A DNA stretch of 44,870 nt, from the NCBI GenBank assembly GCA_018812385.1, contig JAHJDU010000410.1:1-44870 (forward strand), given 5' to 3'. Source of the stretch: Pseudomonadota bacterium (GTDB taxonomy: Bacteria; Desulfobacterota; Desulfobacteria; Desulfobacterales; Desulfobacteraceae). A program made the position numbers and the translations under genes. The notes under the pieces were generated by a model that ran no database searches, was not told where the DNA came from, and was given only the letters and a program-made list of their open reading frames with translations. Shown here piece after piece: positions 27,999-36,602 of the stretch (position 1 is its first letter; every line of letters starts with the position of its first letter).

Positions 27999-28379
27999 AT
28001 GAATATTGATGACGATAGCACCTTGATCATTATCGTAGGGGAAAATGAACAGGAGTGCCGTGGGCTGATCAACCTGATTGAAGAAGAAAAATATAAAGGA
28101 ATCACAGTAAAAACAATTTCGGCATTAAAAGCGTATCTGTCTGAAAAAAAATGTATGGTGGTTTTAATTGATATAGATACTGTTCCAGTTGAAAACAGGG
28201 AGTTGAGAGAATTAACCATAAAATATTCTCAAAATTCCTTTTTGTGCATGTCTAACGACAAGTATCATCCAGAGCTTAAGGAAGCGATATGTTACCACAT
28301 ATATGCATGTATTAATAAACCAGTAAATCCTGATGAACTCTTTTTTTTGCTTAGGAGTATAAGAGATGATGGCCAGTGA
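27999..28379 (+). CDS. Stand-alone degenerate receiver (REC-like) protein
   Basis: IIIVGEN (acidic pocket degenerate), VVLIDID and INKPVNPDEL (KP motif). 126 aa with no output domain. Confidence 0.65.
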   Translation: MNIDDDSTLIIIVGENEQECRGLINLIEEEKYKGITVKTISALKAYLSEKKCMVVLIDIDTVPVENRELRELTIKYSQNSFLCMSNDKYHPELKEAICYHIYACINKPVNPDELFFLLRSIRDDGQ

Positions 28380-29913
28380 GAAATCTATGAAGATTGATTT
28401 TAAGATTTTTATTTTTATTTTGTTTTTTATTGGAATTCAAAGCTTTGGATCAATTGTGCCGGCAGCTCAGAAAAATGATCAGAATCCAAATAACCTGCCG
28501 GCTCCCACTCCTCCAAAACCTCAATTTTTCTGCGGTTATTGCCATGTGATTACATATCCTACTGTTGTTCAAAAAAGCTATGAACTCTGGAAAAAAGATA
28601 AACACAAGGATGTCGGCTGCGTGGCATGCCATTATCCTCCCGGAACAATGGAAAATCAAACGCTTACTAAATCCCATATTCCTGCCATGGCTCCGGATCG
28701 GTTTTCTTATCTCAGTCTGGGCGGGGAAACAGTCCAGACCCGGCCTCGGATCAAAGATGAAAGCTGCATGACATCTGCTTGCCACGGCAAGCCTGAGGAT
28801 CAGTTCAAAACCAAAAAGATTAAGTTTACGGAAAAAGTTACATTTGTTCATAATTCACATCTTGACCCTGAAAAACAGATCGAGGGTCAGAAGATCCAAT
28901 GCGTTTCCTGCCACCAGCATGAAACCAGTCAAAAGAAATTTGAAGTTACCAAAGATTCCTGTCACCAATGTCACTTTACCAATGTTAAATTTAATCAGGA
29001 TCGTGGCAAGTGCACATTGTGTCACGAGCTGCCCACAAAACCAATTCAAACTTCAGGTGAGAAACCCATCACCCATGAGATCCTTGAAAAAGCAGGTGTT
29101 GCCTGCGCAAGTTGTCATATTGATCTGATACAGGCCTCAGGCGGCGGGAAAATTGAAGCCTATTTTGAAAAAGGAGTGCTTCAAACTGCTATCATTCTGG
29201 GAGCGGGTACAATTAAAAAAGAAAATTGTAGCTCATGCCATGATCGTCCTGAACAATTAAAAGAAGACACCAACAAAAAGCTGATGCATGAGAAACACGT
29301 TACTGTGAAAAATGCCCGTTGTTTTGACTGCCACAGACCCATTACCCACGCAAAATCAGGAACCAAAGCAACTGAAAAAGAGCCCAACGGCAAATTATCA
29401 TTAACATCAACCATTGAAACAGGATGTATTTCTTGTCACCTTGAGCCCCATCAATACCAGGTAACGCTCGCCAAAGGGGAAAAGCGAAAAGATGTTCTGG
29501 ATGCAATTGATCCCATGTACAAGGTGAGAACCAATTGTTTTGGATGCCACAATGAATTTAAATCCACAGACAATGGCCAAATGGTTCTTGGGGCTTCAGA
29601 AAAAACCTGTGTAAATTGCCACACCAAAGATCATAAAAAGATGTTCGAAGACTGGCAGAAAGAGCTATCCGAAGAAATTAAGTTTGTCGGAGAAGTCGAG
29701 CAACAGGTGCTGGCCAAAATCAGGGCCAAATTCGGTAAAGCCGAACCCGTCGAAGTTATGAAGAAGATTCAGGAAGGTCGCGAGAACTTAAAAATCGTTC
29801 GTTACGGCAACGGCGTTCACAATAAAAAGTATTCGATGATGCTGCTCGACGCGGCTGTTAACAGTTTCGAGGACTTAATCGATTCTCTCGAGAAAGATCA
29901 ATTGAAACAATAA
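28366..29913 (+). CDS. Periplasmic multiheme cytochrome c (11 CxxCH + 1 CX4CH)
   Basis: CGYCH, CVACH, CMTSACH, CVSCH, CHQCH, CTLCH, CASCH, CSSCH, CFDCH, CISCH, CFGCH and CVNCH. N-terminal signal/anchor and a helical C-terminus with GVHN..Y. Confidence 0.9.
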   Translation: MMASEKSMKIDFKIFIFILFFIGIQSFGSIVPAAQKNDQNPNNLPAPTPPKPQFFCGYCHVITYPTVVQKSYELWKKDKHKDVGCVACHYPPGTMENQTLTKSHIPAMAPDRFSYLSLGGETVQTRPRIKDESCMTSACHGKPEDQFKTKKIKFTEKVTFVHNSHLDPEKQIEGQKIQCVSCHQHETSQKKFEVTKDSCHQCHFTNVKFNQDRGKCTLCHELPTKPIQTSGEKPITHEILEKAGVACASCHIDLIQASGGGKIEAYFEKGVLQTAIILGAGTIKKENCSSCHDRPEQLKEDTNKKLMHEKHVTVKNARCFDCHRPITHAKSGTKATEKEPNGKLSLTSTIETGCISCHLEPHQYQVTLAKGEKRKDVLDAIDPMYKVRTNCFGCHNEFKSTDNGQMVLGASEKTCVNCHTKDHKKMFEDWQKELSEEIKFVGEVEQQVLAKIRAKFGKAEPVEVMKKIQEGRENLKIVRYGNGVHNKKYSMMLLDAAVNSFEDLIDSLEKDQLKQ

Positions 29914-29932
29914 AAAGGAAAAGGAGATTGTT

Positions 29933-30787
29933 ATGAGTGAAAAAGTTACGCTTACACGTCGCCAAGTTCTAAAGGGAGCGGGCGCGCTGACTCTTGCCGG
30001 GGCGACAAGCCTGGTACCGGACGGTAGTGCGTTCGCGGCCACGAACAATGCGCCCCGATGGGCCATGGTCATTGATTTGAGGCGGTGCACCGGCTGCCGG
30101 GCATGTACCATTGCCTGCAAGGCTGAGTTCGATGTCCCGCTGGGTGCTTTTCGGGCGGCCGTCTTTGAGGAAGTTATAGGCAAGTTCCCAAACACGGAAA
30201 AGCTCTTTTTGCCGAAGCGGTGTAATCACTGCGAGGGCAACGAGGAAGACAAAATACCACCCTGTGTCAAAGTCTGCCCGGAATATCCCAAAGATCGGCT
30301 CACGTTTACTACCCCGGAGGGTGAAAAAATTCGTTACCGTGGCGGCGCTACGTATAAACGCCCTGACGGACTGGTGCTTTTTGACAACCAGTTCTGTACC
30401 GGCTGCGGCAAATGCATAGAGGAGTGTCCTTACGGCGCCCGGACCTTTAATAAACATATTAAGGCCGGCAAAGATTCCACCAAAAACGCGATTGTCAAGT
30501 GTTCGTTTTGTGATCATCGCATTGAAAAAGGTGTGGCTCCGGCTTGTGTCAATATTTGTCCTTCAGATGCGAGAATTTTCGGCGATTTGAATGATCCTGC
30601 CAGTAAGGTTTCAAAATTGGATAAAGAATTCGGGTTGCTGGACAAACGAAACGAAACAACCCTGCTTCCCGGAGAAAAGACCAGCCCCATGACCTTTTAC
30701 ATCGACCCCAAAGGGGCGCTTAATAAAATGGCTGTAGCCAAGAAAAAATATGAAAAAAATGAAGCCATTCAAGACCGTATTATATAA
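29933..30787 (+). CDS. Tat-exported four-cluster Fe-S subunit B of the molybdoenzyme (TtrB/ArrB/AnrB-like)
   Basis: Tat motif TRRQVLK, WAMVIDLRRCTGCRACTIAC, CNHC..PPCVKVC, CTGCGKCIEECPY and KCSFC...PACVNICP. Confidence 0.9.
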   Translation: MSEKVTLTRRQVLKGAGALTLAGATSLVPDGSAFAATNNAPRWAMVIDLRRCTGCRACTIACKAEFDVPLGAFRAAVFEEVIGKFPNTEKLFLPKRCNHCEGNEEDKIPPCVKVCPEYPKDRLTFTTPEGEKIRYRGGATYKRPDGLVLFDNQFCTGCGKCIEECPYGARTFNKHIKAGKDSTKNAIVKCSFCDHRIEKGVAPACVNICPSDARIFGDLNDPASKVSKLDKEFGLLDKRNETTLLPGEKTSPMTFYIDPKGALNKMAVAKKKYEKNEAIQDRII

Positions 30788-30801
30788 AAAAGGAGGAGAA
30801 A

Positions 30802-33330
30802 ATGAATAAAGACATTAATCGCCGTGACCTTATCCGGCTTGGCGTTGCAAGTGCCGCGGTCTTGGCAACAGGTAAAGTAATGCGCTCGCAGGCCCTGGCC
30901 GGAACTGTAGATTTTATTAAAGGGGGGAAAGATTTTTCACCCGTGACCGGTGTGGAACGAGAAATGATTCCAACGGCCTGCTGGTCGTGTGTGACCAGAG
31001 ATTCCATGATCGGTTTTGTGGAGGACGGAAGGCTGGTCAAGCTGGAAGGCCATCCGGAATCAATCCGGGGGAAAGGAAAACTTTGCGCCAAAGGTGCTGC
31101 GGGGATCAACCAGCTCTATGACCCGGACCGGGTGCTGTACCCCATGAAGCGGGTCGGCAACCGCGGCGAAGGCAAATGGAAGCGCATCAGTTGGGATGAC
31201 GCCCTGGCCGAGCTGTCAACGCGGTTAAAAAAACTGCGTGACGAGGGCACTCCGGAAAAGTTTGCGTTTCACTATGGCCGCATGAAAGGTTCCAGTGAAA
31301 AAATAGTTAAAGGGTTTCTCGGTTCTTACGGCACCAAGTCCGTTTTCGGCCATACTGCCATCTGTGAAACTGGAAAGTGGGTCGCTCAGGAACTTACCTG
31401 GGGTAAGCATTACGACAACTGGGATTTTGAAAATACAAAATTTGTTCTAAATTTTGGAAGCGGTGTGATGGAGGCCCATACCAACTCAATTCCAACATGG
31501 CCGCGGCTGGTTGATGCCATGGTGAATAGAGGCGTGAAGATGTATACCTTTGACGTACGGCTTTCCAATACCGCAGCCAGATCCACAGAATGGGTGCCGA
31601 TCACGCCGGGCACGGACGGCGTGGTGGTACTTGCCATGTGCCGGGAAATCATGGAAGCGGGCCTTTATGACAAGGAGTTTTTTCAATTTATCAAGGCTAC
31701 CGAGAATTATAAAGCCAGTACGGATGAAAAGGTAAACGCCTTGAAGGCGCATCTGGCCCAATATACGCCCGAATTTGCCGAAAAGATCAGCGGGGTTCCG
31801 GCGGCTAAAATCAGGTCCATTGCCCTTGAATTTGCCAAAGCTAAACCGGCCTGCGTTATCAGCTACCGGGGGGCAGTGGCTCATCTTAACGGGACCGATA
31901 CCGAGCGGGCCGTGCAGATGCTGGCAGCCATCACCGGCAACATCGACAACCCCGGTGGCCGCTGCCGGGCTGTGAGTGCTTCATGGAAATCCCCGGGATT
32001 TCCCAAGGCGCCCAAGACCGAAGGTCTCAATATCGGCAAAGGATTTAAAGGTCAGGTTGCATACCCGACCCATGGAGTCGATCATCAGGTCCTCAAGATG
32101 ATCAAGGACGGCAAAGCTGGCCGACCCGAAATTTATATGTGGTTCTGCTACACCCCGGTATACGCCAACGGGGAGTGCCAGGAAAGCATTGACATCTTAA
32201 AAGATGAAACATTGATTCCGTTTACCGTCAATATCAATGCCTATTATGACGAATCAGGCGCATTGGCAGATCTTATCCTGCCCCATCCGTCCTATCTTGA
32301 ATGGTGGGACTGGGAAAATATGGTTTCCGCAACCCAGATTGCTGAGTATTACATCCGGCAACCGCTGGTCAAACCATTGGGTGAGAGCCGTTTGATGGGC
32401 GATGTTGTGTGTGATCTGGCCAACCGGATGGGATTTCCACTGGGAGTTAATTCAATGGAGGAATTTGTTAAGAAATCCTGCGAACAAACTCCGGGCGTAA
32501 AAGAAGCCGGCGGGTTTGATTACATGATGAAACACGGTGTCTGGCATGATACTGACAAGAAACCGGATTATTACATGTATAAACACGAAAGAGGAGACAA
32601 ACACCTCAAAGTAGAAGGTGTCGTCTTTGATGAGGCCACCGGTGTTTACTGGAATTGGAAAAAGTCCAAGGCCAAAAGCGAAGCTGAGGCAAAAGAAACG
32701 GGTTACACCAAAACCAAGGATGCAGTTAAAGGCTATGTTGGCCAACAGTTTGGCGATAAGGTCTACAAGGGCTTTGATCCTGACAGGGTAAACAAATCCG
32801 GGTATTTTGAGCTGTATTCCGAACTCCTGAAGCTAAAAAAATTCCCACCCATGCCGACCTACACGCCGATGTCCGACCATCAGAATCTGGCCCCAAATGA
32901 GCTTATTTTAACGAGCTACAAGATACCGGTCCATATTCATTCCCGTTCGGCAAACTGCAAGTGGCTGACCGAGATCTCTCATGACAATCCAGCCAAGATT
33001 AATTCAAAAACAGCCAATCTTCTGGGGATCAAGCATGGAGACAAGATCAAGGTTAAGTCGGATGTTGGTGAAATTACGATCAAGGCCGACGTAACCGAAG
33101 CAGTGGTGCCCGGTATCATTGCTATCTCCCATCATCTAGGTCATTGGGAGTATGGCCGATACGCGTCCGGCAACATGGCCCCGCTGGCGGGTGACAATGA
33201 TCCGGATCTCAAGCTTAAATCCTGGACGACTTACGGCGTACACCCGAACTGGGTTATCAAGAAACAGGCGGATCCGATCAGCGGCCAATGGGCCAATCAG
33301 AGTACAGTGGTAACTGTCACCAAGGCATAA
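30802..33330 (+). CDS. Tat-exported DMSO-reductase-family Mo/W-bisPGD catalytic subunit (Arr/Anr/Psr-like clade)
   Basis: Tat motif NRRDLIR, FS0 motif CWSCVTRD-X27-C, YDPDRVLYPMKR, HYGRM, GHTAICE (Cys ligand position), PGTDG, ADLILP and a C-terminal domain IV. Confidence 0.9.
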   Translation: MNKDINRRDLIRLGVASAAVLATGKVMRSQALAGTVDFIKGGKDFSPVTGVEREMIPTACWSCVTRDSMIGFVEDGRLVKLEGHPESIRGKGKLCAKGAAGINQLYDPDRVLYPMKRVGNRGEGKWKRISWDDALAELSTRLKKLRDEGTPEKFAFHYGRMKGSSEKIVKGFLGSYGTKSVFGHTAICETGKWVAQELTWGKHYDNWDFENTKFVLNFGSGVMEAHTNSIPTWPRLVDAMVNRGVKMYTFDVRLSNTAARSTEWVPITPGTDGVVVLAMCREIMEAGLYDKEFFQFIKATENYKASTDEKVNALKAHLAQYTPEFAEKISGVPAAKIRSIALEFAKAKPACVISYRGAVAHLNGTDTERAVQMLAAITGNIDNPGGRCRAVSASWKSPGFPKAPKTEGLNIGKGFKGQVAYPTHGVDHQVLKMIKDGKAGRPEIYMWFCYTPVYANGECQESIDILKDETLIPFTVNINAYYDESGALADLILPHPSYLEWWDWENMVSATQIAEYYIRQPLVKPLGESRLMGDVVCDLANRMGFPLGVNSMEEFVKKSCEQTPGVKEAGGFDYMMKHGVWHDTDKKPDYYMYKHERGDKHLKVEGVVFDEATGVYWNWKKSKAKSEAEAKETGYTKTKDAVKGYVGQQFGDKVYKGFDPDRVNKSGYFELYSELLKLKKFPPMPTYTPMSDHQNLAPNELILTSYKIPVHIHSRSANCKWLTEISHDNPAKINSKTANLLGIKHGDKIKVKSDVGEITIKADVTEAVVPGIIAISHHLGHWEYGRYASGNMAPLAGDNDPDLKLKSWTTYGVHPNWVIKKQADPISGQWANQSTVVTVTKA

Positions 33331-33355
33331 GTCAAAACAGAAGGAAGAGGTAAAC

Positions 33356-34012
33356 ATGACAGAAGTACATGAAAAAAGTGATGTGGCCGAAAACAGAGGT
33401 AATGTCTATGGCCTTTTGGCCACGGTCTTCAGTCAAGAAATATCCTCAGACTTCCTGCTTCAGATTAAAGACCCCCGATTTCTGGGGGTCTTATCTGGGC
33501 TGGGTGTTGAGTTTAATGGTATTTTTTTTGAAAAACCTGACGATGACCTGCTTGAGGATTTGGCTGTAGAATTTACCAGATTGTTTTTAGGGCCCGGCAA
33601 GCACATTTCACCCCACGAATCCATTCATCACGAGCGCAATGACGGGCAGTGGGGGACACTTTGGGGACAATCAACTGTAGATGTCAAGAAATTTATCGAA
33701 TCCGCTGGATTAGGCTACAAGTCCGAATACAAAGGACTTCCCGATCATATCAGCGTGGAACTTGAGTTTATGCAACAGGTTGCGCGCGCTGAAGCGCAAG
33801 CATGGGAAGATGAAGATACGGACAAGGCACTATATTGTCTGAAAATCGAAAAAAAATTTATAGAAGAACACCTTGCCTGCTGGATTCCTGTCTTTTGTGA
33901 AAAAGTAATCCAGCAGGCGGAATTGCCCTTTTATCGGGAATTGGCCGGGTTAACCCGGAAATTCATAGAATTTGAAAGAGAAGAGCTAGGTAAGGAGGCC
34001 TTGCAGGGGTGA
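33356..34012 (+). CDS. TorD/DmsD-family molybdoenzyme maturation chaperone
   Basis: EFTRLFLGP, PHES, LPDHISVELEFM and FIEEHL..W. Confidence 0.92.
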   Translation: MTEVHEKSDVAENRGNVYGLLATVFSQEISSDFLLQIKDPRFLGVLSGLGVEFNGIFFEKPDDDLLEDLAVEFTRLFLGPGKHISPHESIHHERNDGQWGTLWGQSTVDVKKFIESAGLGYKSEYKGLPDHISVELEFMQQVARAEAQAWEDEDTDKALYCLKIEKKFIEEHLACWIPVFCEKVIQQAELPFYRELAGLTRKFIEFEREELGKEALQG

Positions 34013-34311
34013 AATTTCAAAAAAGATGGGTCTTCGTGACTACTTTCCTGATTGTATTGGTGATAAATTTCTACTTTTGGAAGGCACCGAAAAGTTTTCA
34101 AAATCCTGTATTTGCAGCACAATTGCAGAATATCTCATCGGGAAACCCTCCTGGCGCTGTCTATAAACGATCAGTAGAGGGGGATAAAAAAGAATCGGTA
34201 AAAGAAGATGAAAAAAAGCATAGTAAAAAAGATACAGAAAAACCTGAAAAGGTAGATAATAAAGTTCCTACAAATGAAGAACAAGAAGAAGGTGATGAAT
34301 ATAATGCCTGA
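34009..34311 (+). CDS. Small membrane-anchored hypothetical protein with a charged tail
   Basis: GTG start overlaps the chaperone stop and has an AAGGAGG RBS. One TM helix followed by a K/E/D-rich region. Confidence 0.6.
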   Translation: MKFQKRWVFVTTFLIVLVINFYFWKAPKSFQNPVFAAQLQNISSGNPPGAVYKRSVEGDKKESVKEDEKKHSKKDTEKPEKVDNKVPTNEEQEEGDEYNA

Positions 34312-34429
34312 TAGTACGAATAAAAGGGCCGGTCGGCCCTGAGTCTGCGAGGCGGATGAGTTGCGCAGGATTGAGTGTACAACAAGTGAACATGAATAAA
34401 TCGCCGTCAATAACCACGGGAGAAAGAGT

Positions 34430-35719
34430 ATGAAAAAGATTCCCATTATACCTTTGATCATTGGTATTATATTTACACTATCTTTGATTGTTATCGTTGC
34501 CACCACGTTTATGTTGAGAAAGGATATGCTGCACGAGCAGGGAATAAAACTTGAAGGCAAATATGAAAATCGGTATAATGCCACATTTGTAGGTTCAAAG
34601 GTTTGCAAAACTTGTCATGAGCGCACCTATTTAAACTGGCGGACATCCTTACACTCCCGCATGATGGAGGATGTCAAACTTGAACCCTATGCAAATATCG
34701 GCGACTTTGAATCCAAAAGCCAGGTCAGGGCCTTTTCCAAAACCGACGTAGATTATACCCTGGGCAGCCAGTGGAAGCAAATGTATCTTAAAAGAACCGG
34801 GGATCGCATTACGGTTTTACCGGCCCAGTACAATGTAACTAAAGGGGAATGGAAAGAATATTACCCCAATGAAGAGAAAAAAAGGGACTGGGTCACGGAA
34901 TGCGCCGGTTGCCACAGCACGGGCTTTGATCCGGAAAAAAAGACCTTTGTGGAAATGGGAATCGGGTGTGAAGCCTGCCATGGCCCGGGCAGCAACCATG
35001 TTGAGGCTGTTCCCGGGTTTGAGATTGAGACCATCACTCAGGCCGGCCGTCTGACACCAGGACAGGCAGCACAAATTTGCGGGTCATGCCACACCCGGGG
35101 CCGGGACAAGAAAGGTGGGTATGCCTATCCATTCTCGTACCAGAAACACAAAGGAGAGGCCAATTTACGACTCTATTTTGAAGAAGTTTCAAGGGCCAAT
35201 GGTCATGAATCAAAATATTTCTGGCCCAGTGGAGAATCCAAATACAGCAATCAGCAGTATCTTGACTGGCAGCAAAGCGAACATGCCAAGGCCGGTGTGA
35301 CCTGTGCCACCTGCCACAGTGTGCACCAGGGAAAAACATCCATAGACGCCAATGCGGACACAAGTAATTTACTGACATCTATCAGTTCCAAGACCCGACT
35401 ATTTGAGGATCGGCTTTGCAAGAGCTGCCACAGTGCTCCCCAGTATCGTTCAGTGCACAGGATTCATACTTTTGGCAGCTGTGTGAAATGTCATATGCCC
35501 AAGGTTGCCGGTATTGGCGAGGCCGGGGATGCCCACAGCCATACATTCAGTTTCATGTCTCCCTTGGATACCCTCAAAGCCGGTGGTCTTGAAAAACAGC
35601 CCAATGCATGCAACAGCTGTCATCATCATAAGGACACACCAGCAGAAACCCTGGCTGAATTTTTAGAGGCTGCCAGGAAGAACGATATGCCCAAACCCTT
35701 TACTGTTCATAAGAATTAG
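34430..35719 (+). CDS. Membrane-anchored octaheme cytochrome c (c554/c552-like), paralog 1
   Basis: 8 CxxCH: CKTCH, CAGCH, CEACH, CGSCH, CATCH, CKSCH, CVKCH and CNSCH. N-terminal TM helix. Confidence 0.9.
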   Translation: MKKIPIIPLIIGIIFTLSLIVIVATTFMLRKDMLHEQGIKLEGKYENRYNATFVGSKVCKTCHERTYLNWRTSLHSRMMEDVKLEPYANIGDFESKSQVRAFSKTDVDYTLGSQWKQMYLKRTGDRITVLPAQYNVTKGEWKEYYPNEEKKRDWVTECAGCHSTGFDPEKKTFVEMGIGCEACHGPGSNHVEAVPGFEIETITQAGRLTPGQAAQICGSCHTRGRDKKGGYAYPFSYQKHKGEANLRLYFEEVSRANGHESKYFWPSGESKYSNQQYLDWQQSEHAKAGVTCATCHSVHQGKTSIDANADTSNLLTSISSKTRLFEDRLCKSCHSAPQYRSVHRIHTFGSCVKCHMPKVAGIGEAGDAHSHTFSFMSPLDTLKAGGLEKQPNACNSCHHHKDTPAETLAEFLEAARKNDMPKPFTVHKN

Positions 35720-35732
35720 CCAGAGGGCCAGG

Positions 35733-36602
35733 ATGAAAAAAAAATCGTCCATAAACAGGCGGCAGTTTATCAAGGTGATGGCAGGGCTGTCCGTTGCCCC
35801 GACGCTAGGCCTGACCCATATTGCCGGGGCCAACACAAACCAATTTGGAAAACTTGCAGATACCTTCAGATGTATTGGCTGCAAGAGATGTATGTCAGCC
35901 TGCAAGCGTTGGAACAGCCTGAAAGTTGAAAGGAATGAACTGGTCAGTGATAAAGATACCGATTTAAGCGGCAATAACTGGGTCGTGGTCAATCTTAGAT
36001 CTGACAAGAAAAACAAAACACAAAATAACTATATGCACTGGGCTTGCCAGCATTGTCAGGAACCTGCCTGTGCTGGTGTTTGCCCGGTTTCCGCTATTAA
36101 AAAATTAGATTACGGACCTGTGGTCATCAACGAAAAAAAATGCATTGGCTGCCGCTATTGTTATCAGGCATGCCCTTTCAAGGTGCCGCGGTTTGATTTC
36201 GAAAAACGGGTGACCAGAAAGTGCACACTTTGTTATAACAGGTTTCCATTAAATTATAAAAAACCTGCCTGTGTGGCGGCCTGCCCGGTTGGCGCACTGG
36301 CATTCGGATATCGCCATGAAATTATTAAAGAAGCCCGAAAAAGATTGCATGATCTTAAAAAGCCCGGCTACATCATGGGCATAGAAGAGGCTGGAGGCAC
36401 GGGAATGATTACTCTACTGCCTGCCAGGCCGGAAAATATGGGGCTAATCCAGGCTCCGAAAAAAATAGTAAATCAGGATCTTGATAAAATCAGGATTACT
36501 TCGGGTGGTTTCATGGGTGCATCCATCATTGCCTATGCCATGTATCTGTATTCCGGCATGACCCAAAATCCGGACAAGGAAAATAATGATTCAACGAATT
36601 AA
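35733..36602 (+). CDS. Tat-exported Fe-S subunit (HybA/FdnH-like) with a C-terminal anchor
   Basis: NRRQFIK, four Cys clusters and a hydrophobic C-terminal helix. Confidence 0.88.
   Translation: MKKKSSINRRQFIKVMAGLSVAPTLGLTHIAGANTNQFGKLADTFRCIGCKRCMSACKRWNSLKVERNELVSDKDTDLSGNNWVVVNLRSDKKNKTQNNYMHWACQHCQEPACAGVCPVSAIKKLDYGPVVINEKKCIGCRYCYQACPFKVPRFDFEKRVTRKCTLCYNRFPLNYKKPACVAACPVGALAFGYRHEIIKEARKRLHDLKKPGYIMGIEEAGGTGMITLLPARPENMGLIQAPKKIVNQDLDKIRITSGGFMGASIIAYAMYLYSGMTQNPDKENNDSTN

Noticed and set aside
29969-30517. 182-aa antisense ORF, plus other antisense ORFs over the B and A genes
   Set aside because: Shadow ORFs opposite well-supported genes in GC-richer DNA, with no recognisable motifs.
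30802-33330. Calling the Mo enzyme formate dehydrogenase, nitrate reductase or canonical ArrA
   Set aside because: It lacks the Fdh (U/C)H and Nap/Nar signatures, and its FS0 and active-site motifs differ from canonical ArrA. No gene symbol was assigned.
34304-34399. Possible selenoprotein mini-ORF (ATG CCT GAT...CCC TGA GTC TGC) with a hairpin after the TGA
   Set aside because: No recognisable selenoprotein family context, very short, and I cannot verify a bacterial SECIS. Likely chance.
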